From contig OZ024758.1 in NCBI GenBank assembly GCA_964016885.1, forward strand, positions 23,498,001-23,562,000: 64,000 nt of DNA, written 5' to 3'. The position numbers were made by a program, and so were the translations under genes. The notes beneath the pieces were generated by a model. The model saw only the letters and a list, made by a program, of their open reading frames with translations, was not told where the DNA came from and made no database searches. This document shows positions 1-14,325 of the stretch, in pieces. The DNA is from Eledone cirrhosa. Its lineage: Eukaryota. Position 1 is the first letter of the stretch, and each line of letters begins with the position of its first letter.

Positions 1-147
1 AGTCTGAAATCAAACAAACAAAAATTTTACTCTCAAACATTATAGTTGGTAGTGAATTTCCAGTCTTTACCAGCTACCCTAAGAATCTAATCTAGAATTG
101 AAAGAAACTTAGCTAACACATCAAACTTATGCAACCATACTCATATA

Positions 148-248
148 CAGGGTGTCCCCCCAAAATATATATACACTTCAACAGCATTCTAATAAATATT
201 GACTGTACAGGTAATCAAAGTGTGTATACATTTTTGGGGGACACCGTG
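148..248. mobile_element. Tc1/mariner-type ~100-bp MITE
   Basis: TA|CAGGGTGTCCCCC..GGGGGACACCGTG; copies at ~16919, 17281, 24688, 34825. Confidence 0.75.
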
Positions 249-1442
249 TGTATAAGTATATAAATATGGGGGTAAATTTTTGATGTTAGAAGTGTGACCC
301 GATTCCAATTTTCAGTTATAACCATTTTTCTTTTCACTTTTACTAATGTTTTCAAGAGACCCATATGTGTTACTACATTCAATTGCACTACAATATAAAC
401 CTAAGGCCTTTCTCTGGATGTGATCTTCAATGTCTGTGTCTGGTAGCAAAACCAACAAAGATGGAGGTACAGTACTCCATTGTGGGTTTCACCTGAGCTT
501 CGTGGAGGGTCAGTAATTATTAGGGGCTGAAGTGTTCTCTGGCTCTCAAAAGAAAAGCCAGTCTTGGAGAGATGCAACCTTTGTTTATGTTAAGGGTATG
601 TCTACACCAACAGAGATCCTCAGTGATACTGATTATTAAAATACTTGAGCAGAGGGTGTTAGTGTCACAAGGTGATGGTAACCCTCCACAGGAGCCTGGT
701 CCAGACGTTTGTGACAGAGTGCACTATTTTAAAGGCACCATGGACCAGGTGTCATAAATCAAAAAACAACACAACCATGATTTTCGGTTTAGTAAGGGAT
801 CTCTATAACAATACTACTTGAACTAAGCAAATATTATCAAAATGAAAACAAAGCAATCAACACTTGATTTTCAATGCCTTCAGTGATTCATGTGAAAGTT
901 TTCCATCTGAGGAGTGAAGTCATTTACATTACTCTATATTTACTATTGTATTTTCATGGTAAAGGCTTTATCTCACACAATATCGAAGCTATGAGATTTT
1001 GATATAATTTATTTTGAGAACAATACCTTAACATAAGTATGAGCAGCCAGTTATGGCCAGTTTGAAGAGAAAGAGGTGAGAGATTTCTGGCTGGTTTAAA
1101 TGCTTACGGGTTAATTCTAAAAGGCAAGCATCAATCAGTTCTAAAATTAATAAGCAATCGAAAACACTAACGATAAACTTCATGGGTATGTGAGATTTAG
1201 TATAGAAACCATACAGATGTATAACAACACCATGTGAGTGTAACTGCAGCTCTAATATAGGTATAGCATTTCATAAGTACCATAAAATGGTACAGAAATC
1301 TAAGATTGAGTGTGCTAGACTATTAGTAAACTTACTATGTCTGACAAGAATTAAGCGGTAGCTGAAAATCTTCTACTGAGGCAACTGTAAATGGCTTATA
1401 GGCAAGTTATCAAATAGAAAAGTAAAATAATTGGATACTTAC

Positions 1443-1499
1443 TGACCAAATCCCTAAAAGATTTACAAAGATATTTCCGTGAAATTTATTAGCCAACAT
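1443..1499 (-). CDS. SEC61A: Sec61 alpha exon 9 (MLANKFHGNIFVNLLGIWS); gene continues beyond window start
   Basis: tttttag/gtaagt, 57 nt, in frame; resembles human MLSARFSGNLLVSLLGTWS. No further exon found in 1-1440. Confidence 0.92.
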
Positions 1500-2421
1500 C
1501 TAAAAAGATAAACAAATAAATTTTTCAAAAATTAAATTAAATATTCATAAATTCAAATATATATATATATATATATCATCATTATCACCGTTTTACGTCC
1601 GTTCATCCACGCTAGCATGGGTTAGACGTTAGACGGGTTGTCTTGTTGTGGGCAGTGTCCGGTCGGCTGACCTTGTCTTGCTCATACAGGAACTGATTCT
1701 GGGTTGATTTCTACAGCTGGATGCCCTTCCTAACACCAACCTTATTTACAGTGAGTGCTTGGTGCTTTTTTTCCGTGGCGCCTACACGTCCATTTTACAG
1801 TGTGGGCTGGGTGCTTTTTTGCTGTGGAAGGGTATGGGGGCATATTGTCTATATGCTTCAGCTTCGGCTTGTACCCGTCGGGGTCGGGGGGGTCTTCTGT
1901 ATTACTGCGTGACGCCAGAGGTCACGGTCGTGTGCCATCGCCTTTGAGAGGTGTAATTGGGTAAGGTCAGCTTTTATCACCTCATGCGAGAAAAACCACA
2001 AACCCTACATCTCAATTCTACTTTTGAAAAGCATAAGAACTGTGAAACCGGTAAAGGAAATAAATAAATATTCTTAAAAAGACTCGTTGCATTTTCGATT
2101 TATTTTCCTTTATATAAAAGAAAGAATCAAGAATTAGCCAATTTCCAAAATACCATTTACTGTAATTACTCGAATATATGCTAAGGAACATGTGACTAAA
2201 AACAATCAATGGTAGAAGGGGGTTGGTTTATATTCGGTTTATATTTTGATAATTTTTACCAACTTCAAATTCTACATAAATAAGGTTTGGATTTTTACCC
2301 ATTTCTCAGACATAAAATAGTGGGGGTTGACTTATATTCGAGTATATACGGTAAATATAATTTATGTAGAAATTCTTGTTTTAACATTTGTGAAATAGCT
2401 GTTGAATAAGTTATGGCTTAC

Positions 2422-2562
2422 CTGAGAAATAAAGTACAAATTAGATACTAAAGCACTTTGAAGAATAATAGGAATATTTGATGTATAGAACAACTTAATG
2501 GGGTATGAGCTATACTGTCCTCTGTAACGGGCTGATTTGATGGGTAAATCGACTCTGAATCC
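2422..2562 (-). CDS. SEC61A: Sec61 alpha exon 8 ([47 protein letters not shown])
   Basis: ttttacag/gtaagc, 141 nt; ribosome-binding loop 6/7 and TM7. Confidence 0.97.
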
Positions 2563-2684
2563 CTGTAAAAAAAGTAGAAAGGATAGAATTAGAAACGTTT
2601 AAATAGACTTTATACAGCAAATTAAGTGTATGTAAAATAATACAATATCTAAGCCAAACAGCCTTATTATCACTGTGTTATTCA

Positions 2685-3587
2685 AACTAGAGTACCTCAG
2701 GTGTTGGTCTTATATTAAATTAGAATACCCCAGATGTTGGTTTTATTATTATTATATAAACTAGAGTACCACAGCTGTTGGTCTTATATTTAAATTAGAG
2801 TACCACAGATGTTGGTCTTATTATTATATTATATTTAAACTAGAGTACCTCAGTAGTTGGTCTTATTCTTATTATATTTAAACTAGAGTACCTCAGTGGT
2901 TGGTCTTAATCTTATATTCAAACTAGAGTACTTCAGTTGTTGGTCTTATTCTTATTATATTCAAACTAGAGTACCTCAGTGGTTGGTCTTAATCTTATTA
3001 TATTCTAACTAGAGTACTTCAGTGGTTGGTCTTAATCTTATTATATTTAAACTAGAGTACCTCAGTGGTTGGTCTTAATCTTATATTCAAACTAGAGTAC
3101 TTCAGTTGTTGGTCTTATTCTTATTATATTCAAACTAGAGTACCTCAGTGGTTGGTCTTAATCTTATTATATTCTAACTAGAGTACCTCAGTGGTTGGTC
3201 TTAATCTTATTATATTTAAACTAGAGTACCTCAGTTGTTGGTCTTAATCTTATTATATTTAAACTAGAGTACCTCAGTGGTTGGTCTTAATCTTATTATA
3301 TTTAAACTAGAGTACCTCAGTGGTTGGTCTTAATCTTATTATATTTAAACTAGAGTACCTCAGTGGTTGGTCTTAATCTTATTATATTTAAACTAGAGTA
3401 CCTCAGTGGTTGGTCTTAATCTTATTATATTTAAACTAGAGTACCTCAGTTGTTGGTCTTAATCTTATTATATTTAAACTAGAGTACCTCAGTGGTTGGT
3501 CTTAATCTTATTATATTTAAACTAGAGTACCTCAGTGGTTGGTCTTAATCTTATTATATTTAAACTAGAGTACCTCACTTGTTGGTC
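2685..3587. repeat. 43-bp minisatellite, about 21 units (Sec61a intron 7)
   Basis: Unit aaactagagtacctcagtggttggtcttaatcttattatattt, with shorter 40-bp variants. Confidence 0.95.
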
Positions 3588-3702
3588 TTCTAAGTAGGTT
3601 GTAAGATTTCGTACCAAGACATTGAAGAATTTCTAAGAATTAGTTTTTACCTGTCACACAGTGATAAAACTATGTCATTTTAACATCTTTACATAATTAT
3701 CA

Positions 3703-3981
<279 letters not shown>

Positions 3982-4876
3982 TTAATACTTTACTATTTTA
4001 ACCCTTTAGCATTCACAATACTTACATAATTTACTATTGTATTTTCGCAGAATATGCTTTATTTCACATAATTATCTCACTTAATATAGAATCTATGATA
4101 TTTTGATATTTATATTGAGAACAATACCTCAACATTGGTATGAGTGGTCAGTTATGACCGGTTTGAACAGAAATAGGTGAGAGAATTCTGGCCGAATATG
4201 GCCGGTTTAAATGCTAAAAGGGTAATACAATTGATACATATTTTATTTGTAGTATAGTTGAAACTTAGAGAGTGTATATAGCGAAACGCGGACCCCTGGC
4301 CTATCTGAGAGGTCAGTAGCTCCGCTTGAGTACTGACTGGTTTGTGAAGACATATCTAACCCTTTATCATTCAGTCTCTGCCCACGACAGATTGCACACT
4401 AACATGACTGAGTACCTTCCAAAGTTTCCTATTTTGTGTGGTTTTGTTTAGTTTATATAAATTTAGGCCAGACCATTTATAGACATTGTGTCGCAAGCGT
4501 CTCAGTGGCCCACTTCTATTTCTTTTACCTTGAATCAATTATACCCTCCATACATGTTTCAGAAACACCCTTTTGTGAATGTTTTACATCACCAAAGAGC
4601 TTCAAGATTTTGTTTTTAATGATACACATTATAGGGACTAGTTTAGAAGCTTCTAGTAGACCCACAATTTCATGGGGTTGAGTAATTCGTGGTTTGTCAT
4701 GATTCTCATATGTTTTTTTTTGTATATGGGGAGAAATAAAATTATGTGGTTTAAGATTTTATAAAGTGTTAGTGAAACAACTACAATCAGCAACTGAAAC
4801 ATGTCGAGTTCACTTATAAGGATTTAACTATTCTGCAGTGCTTACCTATCTTAAACCATTAGTATTTACATTAGAT

Positions 4877-5262
4877 GGAGGCACATGGCTTAGTGGTTAG
4901 AGCATTGGCCTTGCAATCGAAATGTTGTGAGTTCAATTCTCAGACCGGATGATGTGTTGTTTCCTTGAGCAAGACACTACTTTACATTGCTCCAGTTTAC
5001 TCAGCTATAGAAATGAGATGATAGGGATTGGGGTCCCTATCATTCCACTGCAAAGTGGTCGTGGAGGTGTCACGGCAAAAAAGCACCCAGCCCACACTGT
5101 AAAGTGGACGTGTAGGTGCCACGGCAAAAAGCACCCAGCACTCACTGTAAATGAGGTTGGTGTTAGGAAGGGCATCCAGCTGTAGAAATCAAGCCAGAAT
5201 CAGTTCCCGTCCCACCCTTGCAAGCAGGGAAAAGTGAACGTAAAATGATGATGATGATGATG
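4877..5262 (+). mobile_element. tRNA-derived CORE-type SINE, family A, full length
   Basis: A box TGGCTTAGTGG, B box GAGTTCAATTC, CORE-like ccttgagcaagacact..., GGAAGGGCATCCAGC body, (TGA)n tail. Confidence 0.88.
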
Positions 5263-5588
5263 ATTACTCTAATATCGAATCTAAGAGATTTGGATATTAT
5301 TTATTTTGAGAACAATACCATAACATCAGTATGAGTGGCCAGTTATGGCCGGTTTAAATATAATGATGGTTTCTGATTTAGGCACAAGGCCAGCAATTAA
5401 ATCGAACCCAGTGCATTACTGGTGCTTTATTTTATCGACCCCGTAAGGATGAAAGGCAAAGCTAACCCCGTCGGGATCATAACTTATATTTTAACCAAGC
5501 ATTTTATCTTAAATAAACTATTAAAAGAAAGGAAAAACTGATTGGATTTTCTTTAAATTTGTACAAATCTTTTAAATCTAATTAATTA

Positions 5589-5780
<192 letters not shown>

Positions 5781-6673
5781 TTAAAAATAAATTATACTGT
5801 AAAATAGAATTGGATATCATTGCAACACATACTTCATAAATAGTCCTTAAAAAGCATCTCTAATATCTACCTACCACTAGGCCGTCTCAGTGGCCTAGTG
5901 ATAGGTATTAGAGATGATGGTGACCCTGGTCTGGAGTTCAATCTTGGTCAGGACCTACACATAGGGGGTCTTATTATACTTGAGAAATGATCCTTAAAAG
6001 CATCTCTAATACCTAGAAGCAGATATTAGAGATGGCAGTGACCCTGGTCTGGGGCTAAAAATAGAGAGACTTACTGTACTGTAAAATAAACAGTAATATT
6101 GTAAACAAAACCAAGGGTGGTGCCCCAGCATGGCCTCAGTCAGACGGCTGGAACAGGTAAAAGAGTAAATAGTTTCAGCTTGGTTTAATTAAGGAAATCC
6201 ATTTTCTTAGTCTTCATTTTCAACAGTCTCAATGTGTGTGTGTGTGTATGTGACAGCTCACACCTATGCAGGTTTAGCTAGCCTCCTCTAAGGTATATCT
6301 CGTTGGAGGTGTCTTGGGAAATTTAATGATAGGGACCCGAGTCCAATCAACTCATTTCTACAGCTGAGTCAACTGGAGCAATGTGAAATAAAGGGTCTTG
6401 CTCAAGGAAATAACACATCACCCGGTCCGAGAATTGAACTCACAACCTTTCGATTGCAAGCCCAATGCTCTAACCACTAAGCCTTCACAATGTGTAACCA
6501 ATCCTTCTCAGCAATTCAGAAACAGGTTACAAAGTTCAAAGTTCATCAGCAGAAGTATTTTGTCAGTAACTTGAAACCAGAAGTTAAAAAAAAAAAATTA
6601 TAAGATAACAATGGGAGGAGGGAGGGGGGTAGTGTATATGAGAGAGTGAGAGAAAAAAATTCAGTTTACTTAC

Positions 6674-6783
6674 TTGAATGATAATGAGCAAACAGACACC
6701 AGGTCCAATCTCAGCTGGGTCACCATACATGCCAGTCATTACGTAAACAATAGCTTGACCGATGGTGATTATCATACCAAACA
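6674..6783 (-). CDS. SEC61A: Sec61 alpha exon 5 ([37 protein letters not shown])
   Basis: ttttag/gtaagt, 110 nt, phase consistent with exon 4. Confidence 0.97.
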
Positions 6784-7151
6784 CTAAAATAGACATTTAA
6801 AAAGTATATATAACATTAGGAGATAAAATAAAACCAAATGCAATCAGTAAAAATATTACAAATTTAATGCAACTCCACCACTGTTTGGTTTTGGTCATGT
6901 CAGGGGTGTAACCGTACTCATCACGCTTGGCAAATTCGGGTTGGTAAGGCTCTATTTAACCCAGAGTTAGGTGGATGGCCATTGACTCTCAGGAGTTCAT
7001 CCACCTTTTAACACCTCTTATTTTTTGAGCTACTGGGGTTCCATCTACCCTCCTCACCAGACCAAGGTCTGGCCGGGGAGCTGGTTTAACCCTTTAGCAT
7101 TTACATTACTCTATATTTACTATTTTATTTTCGTGGTAAAGTCTTTATTTA

Positions 7152-7533
7152 ACATGGCTTAGTGGTTAGAGCATTGGCCTTGCAATCAAAAGGTTGTGAG
7201 TTCAATTCTCAGACCGGGTGATGTGTTGTTTCCTTGAGCAAGACACTTTATTTCACATTGCTCCAGTTTACTCAGCAGTAGAAATGAGATAAGGACTGGG
7301 GTCCCTATCATTCCACTGCAAAGTAGTCGTGGAGGTGCCACGGCAAAAAAAAGCACCCAGCCCACACTGTAAAGTGGACGTGTAGGCGCCACGGAAAAAA
7401 AATCACCCAGCACTCACTGTAAATGAGGTTAGTGTTAGGAAGGGCATCCAGCTGTAGAAATCAAGCCAGAATCAGTTCCCGTCCCACCCTTGCAAGCAGG
7501 GAAAAGCGGACGTAAAATGATGATGATAATGAT
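7152..7533 (+). mobile_element. SINE family A inserted in a piggyBac MITE
   Basis: Same consensus; flanked by the two halves of MITE 7090-7680. Confidence 0.88.
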
Positions 7534-8128
7534 CTCACATAAGGAATCTATGAGATTTTAATGTTATCTATTTTGAGAACAATACCTTAACATCACTGTG
7601 AGCAGCCGGTTACAGCTAGTTTGAACAGAAAGAGGTGAGAGAATCCTAGGCCAGATATAGTCGGTTTAAATGCTAAAGGGTTAATACACTAAAATTAAAA
7701 TGTGGCATAATGGTTCATTCACAAAATATCGATATTGAGTTTCAAGTGTTATCTCAGGTGACATCCTGGTAGAAGTGATAAAATGTAAACCTGTATGTTA
7801 CTGTTGGGTTCAACAGTTTATACAATGCCCTTTAACTCCACGTGGTAAACCTGGCGTTAGGAAGGATATCCAACTGTAGAAATCAAGCTAGAAACACTTC
7901 TGTATGAGAAACGAATGGCCATCTGATCTCACTTGACTCACAACGGGACAACTCGTCTAACCCATGTTAGCTTGGAAAAAAATGGACGTTAAACAGTGAT
8001 GATGATGATAACTGGAATACCCAGCTAAACCATCAAACTTCCAAACCTGCCAAACACCCATTCAAATTTTCGCTACAAGCCTTTCTCTCCCGAAGGAGCT
8101 ACATCAAAATATTTTACATACTGTACTT

Positions 8129-8281
8129 CAGGCATGTCAATCTAAGGGTACCCGAGGGCCACACATTACAATAAATCTTTTTAATTTTATATTACGAAGA
8201 CGCTCGCGCTGTTTTTACAGCACGAGCGTCTTCGTAATATAAAATTAAAAAGATTTGCAGGCCACATGTTTGACATGCCTG
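8129..8281. mobile_element. hAT (Charlie-like) MITE with 8-bp TSD CTGTACTT
   Basis: TIR CAGGCATGTCAA; perfect TSD at 8121-8128 and 8282-8289. Confidence 0.9.
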
Positions 8282-8799
8282 CTGTACTTCATTCCAAAAG
8301 ACATTTCACTGAAGACTAATATCTAATTCAAAAGTTGGCTCAACTCTACAAAATCATATTTCATCAGTTTCACCTCAAGAAGATATTTGAAGGATTTATG
8401 CAATTCTACTATTCCTCAAAGACACAAAAGAGCGACCCAACTATAACACTGAACTACCAGACATCCCACACAGCATCCAAAGAAAGACCACCTAACTGAT
8501 TGATATGACACACTCTTAACTCTGGTCCACAGATATGCTATCTCCTCTCTCTAATTTTTCTATTACAACTACAGTGGCATTTGGGCCTATGAACTGGCTG
8601 GCCTAATGCAACCTCTACTCAAGCACTCCAGACTTACTTGTCCCCTTCTTTCATCAACCATAGTGTCCACCCTCTATTCTGTCCTGGCCCTTCACAAACT
8701 TTTATGCCCAGTTGTTCCTCCCCAGAACATCAACCGTCCAAAATTCTCTCTCTGCACATGCTTTTCTTACAGAAGCCAACTCACAACTTCTCAAAAGGA

Positions 8800-9431
<632 letters not shown>

Positions 9432-9529
9432 CTAAGAAAAGAAAATACAAGCAATTAGAAGAATCAATGCTTCAAATATTTAAAGAAATTTTCAACGAAG
9501 ATACTGTGCATCATGTTTTATCCTTTTAA

Positions 9530-9738
9530 CCCTTTAGCATTTAAACTGGCTATACCCGGCCAGAATTCTCTCACCTCTTTCTGTTCAAACCGGTTGTAAC
9601 CAGTTGCTCATACTTATGTTAAGCTACTGTTCTCAAAATAAATAATATCAAAATCTTGTAGATTCAATATTATGTGAAATAATGTGTTTACCATGAAAAT
9701 ACAATAGCAAATATAAGAGTAATGTAAATGCTAAAGGG
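9530..9738. mobile_element. piggyBac-type MITE (~210 bp), representative copy
   Basis: TTAA|CCCTTTAGCATTTA...TAAATGCTAAAGGG|TTAA. Other copies: 4002-4222, 7090-7680, 12784-12995, 22970-23168, 34302-34504, 37437-37643, 45439-45646, 46030-46230; partial at 923-1110 and 5265-5360. Confidence 0.92.
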
Positions 9739-11752
9739 TTAAAACTATTGCCACTATATATAGAATATACCTGGACGTTTGGATATTTATATATGAATTA
9801 AGACTTCCTAATAGCACAAGATAGGCTGGAGAGGTAAGAATGTTTATTACATAATTGTAAAAATACAGTAGCTGTAAGTAAGGTTTAAACCCATGAGTTT
9901 CATCTCACAGCCGACTAATACACCTCTACCTAAACAATTTAAAAATAACAACCATAACTAATTTTAAAATAAAGGAAAGCTATTTGAATGCTAGTTCAAA
10001 TCTAAATATTTGAACAACTAACTAGCTTAAATTAATACTATTAATAGCTATTGATTTATTTTATTCCATTTTCTATATCTTTTGTTGGTAATAAGTTCAT
10101 GTGATAGGATTTAAAGTACTTTGGTATGATACTAAATATTGGCTTTTAGGGGTCTTTAATTCTCTAATGTTGCAAACATTCAGAGAGACAACTCACAAAA
10201 TGTCGTTAATAATCTCAAAAGACATGATGTGGTTATGTGTGTGAAGAGAGAAGCTGTGAAACATATACATATACTGCAGGTCTGAACGCAAAGGAACCAA
10301 ACTCCCACTGTCACTGCCTCCATCTCTTTCTATCACTCACTATTATGAGCAAATGGAGTCTCATGTGCTGGCCACCTCGCAGCCCCGGGGGACAGAATAG
10401 AGAAGACGTTTGCCTAGAGGATGATATACAAGAGGTTGTTTATCCCAAGCCACTGACAGTCACCACACTTCCCTTACAAAAACCACAGGATATTGTCTCA
10501 ATCAATTGAAGCAAAAACCTATGCAATCTAAACTATAATAAAGTAAGAAGCGCGGGACTGTACGGTTTATATTTTTTTTTTATTCCATTAGTAAAATAAG
10601 TTGGATTACTTTGAATAAATAATTGTTTCTACCTTTTGGCACAAGGCCAGCAATTACCTCAGTGCATTACTGGTACTTTATTTTATCGACCCCGTAAGGA
10701 TGAAAGGCAATGAATGAATATTATATAATTCATTTACTAAATTTCGTGGCTGTTCATTGTTAACTTGTAAATAAATCACCAGTAATGTACTGGGGTAATT
10801 GCTGGCCTTGTGCCAAAAGTAGAAACAATTATTTATTTAAAGATTCACTTCTTTAAAATTTTCAAATGTCATCACTTCTGGTGGTGATCGCTTAAATAAA
10901 CATTAATTTTCTCCTAATATCGTCTTTTTTTAAATGCATCATGGATTACGTTACTGATCACATAAGACAATGTAACGCAGTCTTCGTTCAATTTCTATGT
11001 ATATTCTCAATTACGATTTTATTTCATGTATCATATTTACATGTATATATACTTGTGTATAATATCAATATACACACTACACACGCTAGCAGAAAACCAC
11101 CCGAAAGGTGATTTTTCTGCTAGTTAGATTAATGAAGTGACTAACTACAAGCAAGAAAAGAAGTCCCCATCAATTTTAACTCATCTATTTGGCACCCAGC
11201 TGTAAATTTCCATCTAAAGGACGGCAAGGGGGAAGCTAGCAATAGATATTAGGTCAAGACCTTCATTTACCTCAAACTATCTTAAAACATGTTTGCTAAT
11301 TCAAATATCTATCATATCTTTAGTGGACAGATCATTGTAAGCATTTGCAGTAGTAGACTGAGTAAAGACTCTACTGTGATGCAATCATAACAATGTTGTT
11401 TTGTACTTCTCACGAATGTCTTACTAATGTAGCTTCTTGCAAAACAGGATGTTATAAGATAATCATAAACTCAATAATAGCTACAAAAGTTGCTAATCTA
11501 ACATACAGGAAGGCTGACAGAGCCATAGAAGCTATATGAATGAAAAGAACAGTATGTTAGTAGGTTGAATGATGTCTAGGATGGGTACCTGGCTATGTCA
11601 GTGCATCTATCTATATAGAAAATAAATACTAGTTCACCTAGAAAATTAATCTCCGATAGGACTAGTGTACAATGCAGAGTTAAAGTTAGTAGACTATTTA
11701 ATGAGGCAACGTTTATAAAGTAATTCAGTTCACAGATCTCAATATAACCACT

Positions 11753-12245
11753 CATCATCATCATCACCGTTTTACGTCCGTTCTTTTACGCTAGCATGGG
11801 TTAAACGGGTTGTCCTGTTGTGGGCAGTGTCTGGTCAGCTGACCATGCCTTGCTCATACAGGAACTGATTTGGCTTGATTTCTACAGCTGGATGCCCTTC
11901 CTAACACCAACCTCATTTACAGTGAGTGCTGGGTGCTTTTTCGTGGCACCTACACGTCCACTTTACAGTGTGGGCTGGGTGCTTTTTCGTGGCACCTACA
12001 CGCCCACTTTACAGTGTGGGCTGGGTGCTTTTTCGTGGCACCTACACGCCCACTTTACAGTGTGGGCTGGGTGCTTTTTCGTGGCGCCTACACGTCCACT
12101 TTACAGTGTGGGCTGGGTGCTTTTTTGCCGTGGCACCTCCACGACCACCTTGCGGTGGGGGGTGGGGGGGCATATTGTCTATATGCTTCAGCTTGTACCC
12201 ATGGGAGGTCGGGTACTCTGTATTACTGCGCGACGCCAGAGGTCA
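11753..12245 (-). mobile_element. SINE family A variant with internal 46-bp tandem array
   Basis: Tail and body with 4-5 copies of gtggcacctacacg.ccactttacagtgtgggctgggtgcttttc; sister copy at 1577-1925. Confidence 0.85.
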
Positions 12246-12274
12246 CTGAATATACATAAACCACTGTATAGTGA

Positions 12275-12617
12275 AGGCACGTGGCTTAGTGGTTAGAGCA
12301 TTGGCCTTGTAACTGAAAGGTTGTGAGTTCAATTCTCAGACCGAGTGATGTGTTGTTTCCTTGAGCAAGACACTTTATTTTACATTGCTCTAGTTTACTC
12401 AACTGTAAAAATGAGATGATAGGGACTGGGGTCCCTATTATTCCACTGCAAAGTGGTCGTGAAGGTGCCACGGCAAAAAAGCACCCAGCACTCACTGTAA
12501 ATGAGGTTGGTGTTAGGAAGGGCATCCAGCTGTAGAAATCAAGCCAGAATTAGTTCCCGTCCCACCCTTGCAAGCAGAGAAAAGCGGACGTAAAATGATG
12601 ATGATGATGATGATGAT
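12275..12617 (+). mobile_element. SINE family A, full length
   Basis: A/B boxes, CORE-like domain, (TGA)n tail. Confidence 0.88.
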
Positions 12618-13847
12618 GTATATCCTCAAATAAGAAGAGATATGGTATATATGGAGTTCTAGATCTGTAGAATATACTTAGATCATTTAACTGACTACTT
12701 TAAGCCAGGTATACACAACAACCAATCTCCAACTGTGGAGGTGTCGATTTCATCTATATGATACAAACAACAATGTATCTTAACCCTTTAGCATTTACAT
12801 TACTCTATATATACTATTGTATTTTCACGGTAAAGGCTTTATCTCACATAATATCGAATCTATGAGATTTTGATATTATTTACTTTGAGAACAATACCTT
12901 AACATCAGTATGAGTAGCTGGTTACAGCCAGTCTGAACAGAAAGAGGTGAGAGAATTCTAGCTAGCTGGATATGGCCGGTTTAAATGCTAAAGGATTAAG
13001 GGAACAAATTAGTAGTAAGATTTGAACTAGTAAGATATTTAGGTAAATAATGAATAAGCTTTTAAAAAGAAAGAAATCAAAACTACAAAAAGCATATTAG
13101 TTTTCACAGATCAAGTTTGCAGGGCAACTACATCTTTTGGATGATAGAAAACACCGGAACAATAATTTGGAGAAAGAAAATATTGAACCATTATTGATTC
13201 AACACAGCTCCACATCAATATGAATATCTGGAGATGATATTGACTCCAAAAAATATCTAATTAATGATCTACACACTGTATAATAGTGATCAACAAGATC
13301 CCAGACTTCATTTAAGTACCGACTAGAGAGGAACACATCAAATCAGACCAAGGAAACAATATTTCCATTGGTCTTTCCATTGCTGATACTATTTACTGGT
13401 CATAAATCCAGGTAATGATAAAAGAAAATATATTTTTTTAATTTTGAACACTGTTACTCTGCAAGATAAACTACAAATATTTCCAGTAGAGATTTACATA
13501 TATAGACCCACAATATGATTACCGATTACCTTGGATAATTTGAGATACACAAACAATATTGGTTTCAGGTGTCACCATAGACATAAAAAAAACCCCAAGA
13601 AAATACGATCAACTAGTGGAAATATCACTGAAGAGAGAGGATCAAAATTTGATACACTCTAATCAGCTGACATAAGATAGAATCAGAACTGTGAAACACT
13701 AGAAACCTTTAAGTCAACACTTTAGTTGTCACCAACAAGAAAATAGTCTTCCAACGAGTGAGTACCGTACTCAACAGATCTGGTCATAGGCCTTTTTTTT
13801 TTTTTTCTTTTTAAAGGGAAAATATTTGTGATGAGTATACATACTCT

Positions 13848-14267
13848 GGCATACGTCAAGACGGGCGGTCTCAAAAGTGAAACTAATTTTTGACATGTGT
13901 GTGTTTGTATATATATATGTGTTTGTGTCATCATCGTTTAACGTCTATCTTCCACGCAAGCATGGGTTTAGACGTATATATACGTTTGTGTATATATGTG
14001 TTTGTGTGTATATATATATATGTGTGTTTGTGTGTATATATGTGTGTGTTTGTGTGTATATATGTGTCTGTATATATATATATATGTGTATGTATATATA
14101 TATTTATGCACACATACACATTTGTATGAATTTGTAGATGTATTATATATGCATGTACACAATTGTATGGGTTTTTTTAAAAAATAATGACTGTGTGTGA
14201 AAGTAATCACTTACGTAATTGTCAAAAATTAGTTTAACTTTTGAGACCACCAGTCTTGACGTATGTC
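13848..14267. mobile_element. Non-autonomous DNA transposon, 9-bp TSD (Mutator/Merlin-like)
   Basis: TIR GGCATACGTCAAGAC..~47 bp; TSD ACATACTCT on both sides. Confidence 0.85.
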
Positions 14268-14325
14268 ACATACTCTTACATATAAACGAGTAGGTAGACA
14301 CACTTCAATAATACAGGACACAAAT

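Noticed and set aside
2685-3587. Regular 43-bp repeats as a CRISPR array
   Set aside because: Head-to-tail units with no unique spacers, no cas genes, inside a eukaryotic intron
4877-4950. tRNA gene
   Set aside because: A/B boxes are present but there is no acceptor stem or terminator, and it runs into a SINE body found in many copies
5880-5956. tRNA-like segment with a short local duplication (5830-6050)
   Set aside because: Degenerate, no convincing cloverleaf; probably an old SINE head
10615-10840. Inverted repeat as a MITE
   Set aside because: The arms are two opposed SINE B 3' ends, with no TSD seen
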